Shown piece by piece: positions 18,720-27,481 of a stretch of 61,015 nucleotides of DNA. The notes under the pieces are model-generated. The model had not been told where the DNA came from. It saw only the letters and a program-made list of their open reading frames with translations, and searched no databases. This DNA comes from Dehalococcoidia bacterium. GTDB taxonomy: Bacteria; Chloroflexota; Dehalococcoidia; SZUA-161; SpSt-899. A program made the position numbers and the translations under genes. Location: the NCBI GenBank assembly GCA_046484125.1, contig JAWOBX010000095.1:1-61015 (forward strand), given 5' to 3'. How positions within the stretch are numbered: the stretch's first letter is position 1; each line of letters opens with the position of its first letter.

Positions 18720-20678
18720 GTGTCACTGACCAGGTTATTCAGTCCTCTCCAGATTGGCTCAATGGAGCTTAAGAACCGATTGGTTATGGCCCCAATGGCC
18801 ACCGGGTGGGCCAATCGAGACGGGTCCATTTCCGATAAACTTTCATCGTATCTTGAGGCACGTGCCCGCGGAGGTGCCGGTTTAATCATCACCGAGGTTG
18901 TCACCGTCGATGGCGAATTCCCATATGTGCCGGCCACAGTCGGCCTCTGGGACGATAATCAGATATCCGCCACCCGAAAACTAACAGACTCCATTCATTC
19001 TCATGGAGCCAGAATTATACCTCAGCTCTCCCATCCCGGGCCGGAATCAATATCACTGCTTGTCGGCGGCAGGCAACCTGTCGGACCTTCACAGATACTG
19101 TGTCACAGTACCAAGGATACATGCCGTGAGCTGACCATCGAGGAAATCGAGCAAATCATCGAGCAATTCGCCGAGGCGGCCCGGAGGGCTCACGAAGGCG
19201 GGTACGATGGGATCGAATTACACGCCGCCCACAGCTACATGTTGCTTGGGTCCTTCATCTCGCCGTTGCGAAACAGGCGGACTGACGCTTACGGTGGCTC
19301 CATTGACGGACGGTTAAAGCTGCCCCTTCAAGTGATCGAGAGAATTCGGACAACAGTCGGCCATGATTTCCCTATTTTCGTAAGGATTTCCGGTGATGAG
19401 CTATATCCCGGCGGTCGAGACATTCGCGAGACACAATACGTCGCCCCCATAATGGCCAGAGCCGGCGTCAACGCCTTTGACATATCTGCCGGGTCATACC
19501 CCCATATGTCGTGGCGTATTATTCCTCCCTGCGGTACTCCGTTCGGCATAAATACATCCTATTCCCGAGCGGTTAAAGAAATTGTGGACATACCCGTGAT
19601 GACGGTAGGCAGAATCAATGATCCGCGCTTCGCGGAGGACATCCTTGCCAGAAACGAGGCCGACCTGATAGGGATGGGAAGGGCTCTCCTGGCGGACCCT
19701 GAACTTCCTCAAAAGTCAATGGAGGGCCGCTTTGATGATATCGCCCCGTGCACCGGTTGCGGAGTAGGATGTTCCAGAGCACAACAGGACGAGCGCAACA
19801 TCACCTGCGTGATCAATCCAGCGGTGGGCAGGGAGCGTAAAACGCAGATCCTCCCCACCCCCACACCCGGGAGAGTACTGGTGGTGGGAGCCGGTCCGGG
19901 CGGGCTGGAAGCAGCACGCGTTGCCGCACTGAGAGGGCATCATGTCATCCTCTGTGAAAAGGAGAGCAAGGTTGGTGGACAGCTCAATCTGGCTACCGTT
20001 CCTCCGATGAAGCAGGAACTGTCGAAGTGGATTCAATACCTTCAAAACCAGATTGAGAAAGCCGGAGTTGATTTAAGATTGCTTACAGAGATCACGGCGG
20101 AGAACATCGAGCAATTCAAGCCGGACGCCGTTATAATCGCAACCGGCGGAGAGCCTTTTATTCCCGAATTCGCGGTTGTTGCAGGCAAGAATCTACCCAC
20201 GGCACATGATGTGCTGGCCGGCAGAATAACCATTCAGTCCGGGCACGTGATCGTGCTGGGTGGAGGGGTTGTGGGGTGTGAAGTCGCCGATTTCCTCGCC
20301 GACAGGGGATACAACCAACTGATCGGGCGAACTGATGTTACCATCATCACCAGTAAAGAAGAGGCGGGACTGAAGCTGGTTCGCGAGATCCGGACCATGA
20401 CGATGCAGCGCCTTTCTGAAAAAGGGGTGAAAATTATCACCCGGGCCAGGGTTACAGGCATAATCGATAACGGTGTCAAGATAGAGAGAAACGGGCGGCA
20501 GGAGATCATCACCGGGGCTGATGACATTATTGTGGCCAGGGGTGTAAAATCGGTTGAAAACCTCAGCGACCGGATTAAAGACAAAATAGCCAGTGTATAT
20601 ATTATAGGGGACTGCGCCAGTCCACGTGAAGCGATGGAGGCAATTGCCGAAGGCAGCAGGATCGGCAGAGAGATATAA
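18720..20678 (+). CDS. BaiH-like OYE/FAD oxidoreductase, copy 3
   Basis: PQLSHPGPES, LHAAHSYMLLGSFISPLRN and CTGCGVGC; closely similar to copy 2. Confidence 0.9.
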   Translation: MSLTRLFSPLQIGSMELKNRLVMAPMATGWANRDGSISDKLSSYLEARARGGAGLIITEVVTVDGEFPYVPATVGLWDDNQISATRKLTDSIHSHGARIIPQLSHPGPESISLLVGGRQPVGPSQILCHSTKDTCRELTIEEIEQIIEQFAEAARRAHEGGYDGIELHAAHSYMLLGSFISPLRNRRTDAYGGSIDGRLKLPLQVIERIRTTVGHDFPIFVRISGDELYPGGRDIRETQYVAPIMARAGVNAFDISAGSYPHMSWRIIPPCGTPFGINTSYSRAVKEIVDIPVMTVGRINDPRFAEDILARNEADLIGMGRALLADPELPQKSMEGRFDDIAPCTGCGVGCSRAQQDERNITCVINPAVGRERKTQILPTPTPGRVLVVGAGPGGLEAARVAALRGHHVILCEKESKVGGQLNLATVPPMKQELSKWIQYLQNQIEKAGVDLRLLTEITAENIEQFKPDAVIIATGGEPFIPEFAVVAGKNLPTAHDVLAGRITIQSGHVIVLGGGVVGCEVADFLADRGYNQLIGRTDVTIITSKEEAGLKLVREIRTMTMQRLSEKGVKIITRARVTGIIDNGVKIERNGRQEIITGADDIIVARGVKSVENLSDRIKDKIASVYIIGDCASPREAMEAIAEGSRIGREI

Positions 20679-20704
20679 GCACCCGCAAAAAAGGAGAGCG
20701 ATGT

Positions 20705-22054
20705 ATGATTCCCATCATTGATTTCCAGAAGCGTTCGCTGAACGGCCCGGTCATGAAGGCAGATGAATTCGACCTTCATTTTTCGAAGACAGTTCGTGAA
20801 CTGGTAGCCAGGTATGAGATCAAGTACAATCCGGAGGAGCTGATCGTAGACGACAGAACCGCCGATGCCGTCTTCCAGGCTGGCGTGGAACTACTGGCTG
20901 ATGTGGGACTGTATCATATCGGTACGGAACGTGTGGTACAGTTCACAAAAGAAGAGGTGGAGCGGATTGCCCGCGAATATCATGATAATCCACGTAAACA
21001 GAAGTTCGGCCGCGGGAAGGACGAGGTTACTATCGAGTATCGAACAGGATCTGATAAGCGTCCCCCCGTCATGTACGCCGGGTCGGCGGGAGTTGCGGAG
21101 GAAGACTGGTATATACCTATGATCAAATCATTTGCCCAGGAGGAGTCGGTCAAGGCAATGGGCATAACTCCGGGCCTGGCTAAACTGGGTGATATCGAGC
21201 CAAAAGCGGGAACCCTCAGCGAAGTTTATGTATCCCAGTGGGAACAAAAGCAATTGAAAGAAGCTCTCCGCCAGGTGGGGAGGCCTGATATGCACTGTGG
21301 CCTGCTTGCTACAGTCAGCACTGTTGGCGGCACCCTGGCCATGATCGGGCCGGGACTCCGTGAAGCCCATAATACGCAAATTGGCGTCCATATCATTCCG
21401 GAACAGAAGCTCGACTGGGCCAGACTGGTTCTCTCCCAGTACTGTCAGGATCGAGGCATACAGCCGTGGCAAAGTTCCATGTCAATGATTGGAGGGCTTT
21501 GCCGTGATGCGGCGGATACCGCGGTGGGACTGGTGGCGAATCTGCTGGGTCAGTTAGCTTATGCTCAAGGGAACCTTTGCAGCCTTTTCACCAATCATAT
21601 GGACGGAAAATGGGCAACCCGGCCCGCGCTATGGGCGTACAGTGCCGCCGCCCGTGCCTCTGAGAGAAACATCAAGGTCTGTATCGGTGGGGTAGCGATA
21701 AGCGCCATAGAAGCATGGAAAACCAGAGAGCAGATAATGCACGCAACCGCCAACGCGATTGTGAACAGCGCCAGCGGTATGGCCTATTGCTGGATCGCCG
21801 GATTGACCGGCTTTGAGGCGCGTCTGATAGCGGAAGCAATGGAGGTCACCGCCGGAATGACCAGAGAAAAAGTCAACCAGTTATCACAGTCCATCCTCAC
21901 CGAAGTATACGCAAATATGAACACCGAACCGGTTCTTGACACACCGTTTCCTGAATCCTGTGATTTGCAGACATCCTTACCACTACCCGAATATGAAGCC
22001 ACCATACTGAAGGGCAAGGACGAACTGGCACGCCTGGGCGTGCCCTATCATTAA
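20705..22054 (+). CDS. MtmB-family substrate:corrinoid methyltransferase, non-pyrrolysine, paralog 2
   Basis: Collinear with 2606..3946 (MIPII.FQ, AHNTQIGVHIIPE, QPWQSSMSMIGGLCR, SLFTNHMDGK). No in-frame TAG. Confidence 0.9.
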   Translation: MIPIIDFQKRSLNGPVMKADEFDLHFSKTVRELVARYEIKYNPEELIVDDRTADAVFQAGVELLADVGLYHIGTERVVQFTKEEVERIAREYHDNPRKQKFGRGKDEVTIEYRTGSDKRPPVMYAGSAGVAEEDWYIPMIKSFAQEESVKAMGITPGLAKLGDIEPKAGTLSEVYVSQWEQKQLKEALRQVGRPDMHCGLLATVSTVGGTLAMIGPGLREAHNTQIGVHIIPEQKLDWARLVLSQYCQDRGIQPWQSSMSMIGGLCRDAADTAVGLVANLLGQLAYAQGNLCSLFTNHMDGKWATRPALWAYSAAARASERNIKVCIGGVAISAIEAWKTREQIMHATANAIVNSASGMAYCWIAGLTGFEARLIAEAMEVTAGMTREKVNQLSQSILTEVYANMNTEPVLDTPFPESCDLQTSLPLPEYEATILKGKDELARLGVPYH

Positions 22055-22077
22055 ACCGCGCGTATGAGGAGGATCAC

Positions 22078-22881
22078 ATGGCATTACCTACCATAGCCGA
22101 GCTTTTCGATCTGAGCGGAAAAGGGGTCGCGATTACGGGCGGGGGGATGGGTATTGGGCAGGCGATCGCGTTCAGGCTTTCCGAAGCAGGAGCGTCGATT
22201 ATGGTCGCCGATATCGACCAGGAGTCAGCCCGTAAAACGGTAGATGAGATCAAATCCCGCGGAGGAAACGCTCAGGCTATCGAAGCAGACGCAAGCAGCG
22301 CCGAAGACGCGGACAAAGTAACAAGAGCTACCACGGACGCGTTCGGCAGTATCGATATAATGGTCAATAACGCGGGTATCTATCCGATCGTTCCGGTAAT
22401 GGAGATCACGGAAGAGATATGGGATAGGGTTTTGAGTATTAACCTCACAGGTACGTTCCTGTATTCCCAGGCAGCCGCCAGGCTCATGATGAGCGCCGGA
22501 ACCGGGGGAAAGATCATCAACCTTGCCTCGATAGATGCATTCCATCCCAATGGTGAGGCAGCGCATTACAACGCCTCGAAAGGCGGGGTTGTAATGCTGA
22601 CCAAGGCCCTTGCTCTCGAGCTGGCTCCGCATGAAATAACCGTCAACGCGGTAGCTCCGGGTAACGTTCAGACACCCGGAACCAAAGCAACTGGCAAGGC
22701 CTATGCGGCCTCGGGACGCGACCCTGCGGAGCTGTGGAAGCGATACGAGGGCCGCTTTCCCCTCGGCCGCGGAGGCGAGCCCGACGATATCGCTAAAGTC
22801 GCTCTGTTTCTGGCGAGCAGGGCATCCGACTACATGACCGGAGACGTGATCCTTGTAGATGGCGGATATCTTCTCTCTTGA
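22078..22881 (+). CDS. SDR oxidoreductase; hydroxysteroid dehydrogenase candidate
   Basis: TGGGMGIG, NNAG and YNASK motifs. Confidence 0.9.
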   Translation: MALPTIAELFDLSGKGVAITGGGMGIGQAIAFRLSEAGASIMVADIDQESARKTVDEIKSRGGNAQAIEADASSAEDADKVTRATTDAFGSIDIMVNNAGIYPIVPVMEITEEIWDRVLSINLTGTFLYSQAAARLMMSAGTGGKIINLASIDAFHPNGEAAHYNASKGGVVMLTKALALELAPHEITVNAVAPGNVQTPGTKATGKAYAASGRDPAELWKRYEGRFPLGRGGEPDDIAKVALFLASRASDYMTGDVILVDGGYLLS

Positions 22882-22947
22882 GAGAAATTCTCGGGAAAGC
22901 ATTGTTTTGTTGCATAATCAGTGCTGAACGTGAAAGGAGAGATAGTA

Positions 22948-23748
22948 TTGCAGCCAATTAAGGAACTTTTCGACCTCAGTGAAAAGGGCGCCATAGTAAC
23001 GGGCGCCGGTACGGGCATAGGGCAGGCTATCTCATTGCGCCTGGCCGAGGCGGGTGCCAAGATAATGGTCACTGATATTGATATGAATGCCGCCAGTCAG
23101 ACCGTCGAGATGATCGAAAACGCAGGTAACAAAGCACTCGCCTTCAAGGCTGATGCCAGCAGCAAAGCGGATGCCTCGAGAGTCTCCATGGCAGCGGTAG
23201 AGCATTTCGGTAGCGTCGATATTATGGTCAATAATGCCGGCATTTACCCTATGTCTCCGGTTATGGATATCGGCAAAAGTCTGTGGGAAACAGTGATTGC
23301 CCTGAACCTGAAGGGCTCCTTTTTTTTCGCCCAGGCAGCCGCCGAGGAGATGATAAAGGCCGGCCACGGCGGGAAGATCATCAATCTGGCCTCTGTTGAC
23401 GGCCTCAGTCCATCCGGTTTTGTTGCCCCATATAACGCGTCAAAGGGTGGAGTCATCATGCTCACCAGGGCAATGGCACTCGAACTGGCAACCTATGGCA
23501 TCACGGTAAACTCCGTAGCTCCGGGTGGAATCGTAACACCCGGCACTATGCAGACGAGTGAGCAGCTGCAGCAGATAACCGGGAAGACACTCGAGCAGCT
23601 TATACTGGATACGAGCCAGCGCATGCCTCTGGGAAGAATGGGGGAACCTGACGAAGTAGCCAGAGTGGTACTTTTTCTGGCCAGCGGTGCTTCTGACTAC
23701 ATTACAGGTGAGGTGGTGGTGATAGATGGGGGGTACCTTCTATCCTGA
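22948..23748 (+). CDS. SDR oxidoreductase, tandem paralog of the previous gene
   Basis: TGAGTGIG, NNAG and YNASK motifs. TTG 22948 follows AAGGAG. Confidence 0.9.
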   Translation: MQPIKELFDLSEKGAIVTGAGTGIGQAISLRLAEAGAKIMVTDIDMNAASQTVEMIENAGNKALAFKADASSKADASRVSMAAVEHFGSVDIMVNNAGIYPMSPVMDIGKSLWETVIALNLKGSFFFAQAAAEEMIKAGHGGKIINLASVDGLSPSGFVAPYNASKGGVIMLTRAMALELATYGITVNSVAPGGIVTPGTMQTSEQLQQITGKTLEQLILDTSQRMPLGRMGEPDEVARVVLFLASGASDYITGEVVVIDGGYLLS

Positions 23749-23783
23749 GGTTGTGGGTATAGAACAAAATTAACTCCGGCACA

Positions 23784-23812
23784 TTTACATATGAGCAGCT
23801 TGACAGTACAAT
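23784..23812 (+). promoter_or_regulatory. Sigma70-type internal promoter before the CoA transferase
   Basis: TTTACA-17 nt-TACAAT. Confidence 0.55.
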
Positions 23813-23875
23813 ATACCATGGTGCTGGAATCCCGCAGAAAGCAGGCTCATCAATCAATTTAGGAGGTCAAACCAG

Positions 23876-25099
23876 ATGACAAAGGGAGCTCTTGAGGGCG
23901 TGAAGGTAGTCGAATTCGGCCATTTCCTGCTCGTCCCCACCGCCACCGCCATGCTTGCCGATTGGGGAGCGGAGGTAATCAAGGTCGAGAACTTCAAGAG
24001 AGGGGGGGACGCAGTACGATTCGCAACCCCTATCGAGGGAGTCATGCCCCCTTCGGAACTAAAGCAGAGCATGTGGTTCCATTATTTCAACCGAAACAAA
24101 AAGAGCATCGGAATCGATACCAAGTCGGAAAAAGGCAAGAAAGCCCTGTTCAGACTGATCGAGCAGGCGGACGTCTTCGCCACCAATTTCGATGTAGGCG
24201 CGATCGAAAAGCAGGGACTTGATTACGATAGCCTGAAAAAAATCAATCCAGGATTGATCTATTGTCAGGGCTCCGGCTATGGCACAAAGGGGCGTGACAA
24301 ATACAAGCCGGGGTTCGACTATGCCGCATGGTGGGCCCGCAGCGGGATGATGGACCGCATCTCTACCGAGGAAGACCCTCGTCCGCAGCGAGCCGGATTG
24401 GGAGATAACCAGGTCGCGCCTGCAATTGCCGGCGCCATTGCCGCGGCTTTATACAGCAGGGAAAAAACCGGTCAGGGGCAGAAAGTTGAAGTCAGCCTCT
24501 ATCACTATGCTGTCTTCGGAGCCGCTTTCGACATTGGCGCCGCGCTTAATGTCGGGGTCAATATACCAAGAACTAACAGGACAAAAGTCACCAACGCGCT
24601 TTGGAATGTCTACAAAGCCAAGGATGGTAAATGGATAATGTTCGTCATGCCCCAGACTGACCTTTTCTGGGACCGCTTCTGCAGGGCAATCGGCAAACCT
24701 GAATGGGAAAAGGACGAACGGTTCGATACTCATCAGAAAAGGATAGAACAGAACATGTTCCTCATCCCCGCGATGGATGAGATCGTGGCCACCAAAACCG
24801 CCGACGAATGGGACCAGATAGCCCGGGATTATGATATCGTGCTGGGATGGGTACAGACTCCACTGGATGTCGCCGGCGACCAGCAGGCATGGGATAACGG
24901 GTTCTTCCAGGAGGTGTCGGAGGAAGGCAGCGACTACAAGTTTAAGATTATCAATTCACCGGTCACCTTCAGCGAGACACCAGCCACCATCAGAACACTG
25001 GCCCCCGAACTCGGGCAAAATACGGAGGAGATACTCCTGGAATATGGCTTTTCCTGGGAAGAACTTTCTGCGATGAAAGAGGAGGCAGTTATTATTTAG
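23876..25099 (+). CDS. Class III CoA transferase (CaiB/BaiF family)
   Basis: LADWGAEVIKVE, NRNKKSI, PGFD, LGD (catalytic Asp) and APELGQNT motifs. Confidence 0.93.
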   Translation: MTKGALEGVKVVEFGHFLLVPTATAMLADWGAEVIKVENFKRGGDAVRFATPIEGVMPPSELKQSMWFHYFNRNKKSIGIDTKSEKGKKALFRLIEQADVFATNFDVGAIEKQGLDYDSLKKINPGLIYCQGSGYGTKGRDKYKPGFDYAAWWARSGMMDRISTEEDPRPQRAGLGDNQVAPAIAGAIAAALYSREKTGQGQKVEVSLYHYAVFGAAFDIGAALNVGVNIPRTNRTKVTNALWNVYKAKDGKWIMFVMPQTDLFWDRFCRAIGKPEWEKDERFDTHQKRIEQNMFLIPAMDEIVATKTADEWDQIARDYDIVLGWVQTPLDVAGDQQAWDNGFFQEVSEEGSDYKFKIINSPVTFSETPATIRTLAPELGQNTEEILLEYGFSWEELSAMKEEAVII

Positions 25100-25189
25100 G
25101 CTGCCATTTCCCACTCACTGGTTCACTGATTCTCGATAGCACTCGAGAATGGGATAATTAATTCTTAAACAAAGGGAGGTTCCACACAT

Positions 25190-26023
25190 ATGAAAGCCGG
25201 ATTTATTGGAATGGGAGACATCGGCCTGCCAATGGCCAAAAACGTGGTCAGTAAGGGTTACGAAACCACGGTTTGCGGTCATGTTCGGAGACAGCCGATA
25301 GAAGAAATGCTGGCACTCGGAGCCAAGGAGGCACCCAATCCCAAGGGTGTTGCGATGAATTCTGACGCGATAATAATCATGGTAAATTCGGACCAGCAGG
25401 CCGATGAGGTTATCTTCGGCACTGACGGACTGATGGAAGGCCTGAAGGATGGCTCCGGAATAATTCTCATGGGCACGTACGCACCTGATTTCTGCCGAAA
25501 AGTCGCCGAGGCGGGTAAACCCAAGAATATAGACGTATTTGACGCCCCGGTAGTTGGCGCTCGCATGGGCGCCGAGCAGGGTACACTTGGTATAAGCCTC
25601 GGGGGAGACGAGGCGGCTCTGGAGAAGTATCGGCCGCTTATCGAGACAATGGGCAAGATCACTTACTGCGGCCCTCTCGGTATGGGACAGATCGTCAAGC
25701 TTGCCAACAACATATGCGCAACCGTACACGCCTGGGTTGCCTATGAGGCAGTGAACTGGGGTATAGCCAATGGCGCCGATGAGCAAATGCTCGTCAAGCA
25801 CATTCAAAACGGGTCCGGAAGCAGTTTTATCATCCAGAACTGGGAATGGATCAAATCGATGTATACGGATCCGCCTCCACCAACATACTACGCGGGTGCC
25901 AAGGATATGGGCCATGTTCTGGATATCGCCACACCATTGCGTCAGCCATGCCACTTCACCGCGCTGGCTTACGCCTTCTGCCAGGGCCCTCCACCCAAAC
26001 TTCGGCAGAAACCGGCAAAATAG
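25190..26023 (+). CDS. beta-hydroxyacid dehydrogenase family (3-hydroxyisobutyrate dehydrogenase-like)
   Basis: GFIGMGDIGLPMA, DAPVVG and GQIVKLANN (catalytic Lys). Confidence 0.88.
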   Translation: MKAGFIGMGDIGLPMAKNVVSKGYETTVCGHVRRQPIEEMLALGAKEAPNPKGVAMNSDAIIIMVNSDQQADEVIFGTDGLMEGLKDGSGIILMGTYAPDFCRKVAEAGKPKNIDVFDAPVVGARMGAEQGTLGISLGGDEAALEKYRPLIETMGKITYCGPLGMGQIVKLANNICATVHAWVAYEAVNWGIANGADEQMLVKHIQNGSGSSFIIQNWEWIKSMYTDPPPPTYYAGAKDMGHVLDIATPLRQPCHFTALAYAFCQGPPPKLRQKPAK

Positions 26024-26049
26024 CTAATTAGAAGGAGAGCACTTTACCT

Positions 26050-27210
26050 ATGGATTTTGAGTTTACCGAAGAACAGAAGATGCTCCAGAAGAACGTGCGG
26101 GCTTTCCTCGAAAAGGAGATCGCGCCACTGGTCGATGAGTACGAGAAAAAGTACGTGCCTTATCCGCGGGATATCCTGGTAGACCTGATCAGGAAATTGC
26201 TGCCCTGGGATTACTGCCTCGGACTTGTCAAGAAAGAGGATGGAGGTACGGAGATACCACTTACCACCAACGGACTCCTTCAGGAGGAACTCAGCCGCGT
26301 ATGGCCAAGTCTTGCTGTCTCGCTTGGGGCCGGCGGAGGTTATCTGGTCACCAAGCTGGCAAACGAGGAACAGAAAAAGAAATACCTTCCCGGCTTGCAG
26401 TCTTTAGAGTTACTCGGCAGCTTCGCGCTGACCGAGCCCAATGTGGGTTCCGACCTGCGCGGCGTAGAGACAACCGCCGTACTCGATGGTGATCACTATG
26501 TAATCAACGGGCAGAAGGCATGGGTAACCGGCGGAGACATAGCCGAGATATGCATTCTCTTTGCCTCTGAAGATAGGAGCAAAGGAGTTGATGGCCTGGC
26601 TATATTCCTGGTCGACAGGCGGGAGTCTCCCTTCGAAGCCACAACCATACCCAAGATTGGCCTTCGCTGTGCCCCATCGGCCCTGATGACCTTCACTGAC
26701 TGCAAGGTGCCCAAAGAGAACCTGATCGCGGGCGCTGGATCGGGTGCCCTTAACACCCTGACGGGCGAACTCGGTTTCACCCGCGCCACCGTAGGAATGT
26801 TCTCAATTGGAATCGCCCAGGCCTCCATTGAGGCGGCTATCCAGTATGCCCGGCAACGGGTTCAATTCGGCAAGAAAATCGGAAAATTCCAGCTTATCCA
26901 GGAACTTATAGCCGAATCAGTGGTCGAAACCGAAGCCGCGAGAATGCTTTGCTACAAAGCCTTTTCGCTACTCGAACAGGGTAAGGAAGCCACGAACGAG
27001 GCCTGCGGCGGCAAATTCCTTGCCAACGAGGTAGGACTCAGGGCAGCCTCCAACGCTATGGAAGTCCATGGCGCATGGGGACTTGCCGAGGAGTACAAGG
27101 TGGAACGATACTTCAGAGACGCCCGTGCCATGTTCCAGCCCGAGGGGAACCCTGAGATTCAGAAGTTGATTGTCGGGGGTCGAAGTATTGGCATGAGCGC
27201 GCTTGTTTAG
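26050..27210 (+). CDS. Acyl-CoA dehydrogenase
   Basis: FALTEPNVGSD, INGQKAWVT, RVQFGKKI, VERYFRDAR and PEGNPEIQ motifs. Confidence 0.94.
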   Translation: MDFEFTEEQKMLQKNVRAFLEKEIAPLVDEYEKKYVPYPRDILVDLIRKLLPWDYCLGLVKKEDGGTEIPLTTNGLLQEELSRVWPSLAVSLGAGGGYLVTKLANEEQKKKYLPGLQSLELLGSFALTEPNVGSDLRGVETTAVLDGDHYVINGQKAWVTGGDIAEICILFASEDRSKGVDGLAIFLVDRRESPFEATTIPKIGLRCAPSALMTFTDCKVPKENLIAGAGSGALNTLTGELGFTRATVGMFSIGIAQASIEAAIQYARQRVQFGKKIGKFQLIQELIAESVVETEAARMLCYKAFSLLEQGKEATNEACGGKFLANEVGLRAASNAMEVHGAWGLAEEYKVERYFRDARAMFQPEGNPEIQKLIVGGRSIGMSALV

Positions 27211-27225
27211 CACCACCGCATAAAT

Positions 27226-27271
27226 AAATAGACAGCCCCCATCCATTAATTGAGGTGGGGGCTGTCTATTT
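27226..27271 (+). terminator. Intrinsic terminator closing the first half of the island
   Basis: 16-bp stem AAATAGACAGCCCCCA / TGGGGGCTGTCTATTT just after the acyl-CoA dehydrogenase stop. Confidence 0.8.
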
Positions 27272-27382
27272 CTACGTATTCCAGGGAATAATACCACGAT
27301 ATCGCCTTTTCTTTCAATTTCACAAAAGTAACATAATCATTAATGATATGACCGATTAGCAAAAGTGACTACTGCAATAATT

Positions 27383-27440
27383 ACCATATGGTTCATGTTA
27401 CTGCGTTTACGTTGACAAATGCTTCATACAATGATACAAT
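27383..27440 (+). promoter_or_regulatory. Sigma70 promoter with an upstream copy of the island operator
   Basis: TTGACA(27412)-17-TACAAT(27435) with extended TG. ACCATATGGTTCA lies at 27383-27395. Confidence 0.7.
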
Positions 27441-27481
27441 CCTGCCCGAAACGGTAAATAAACCGAAGGGGGAGTCGTGCC

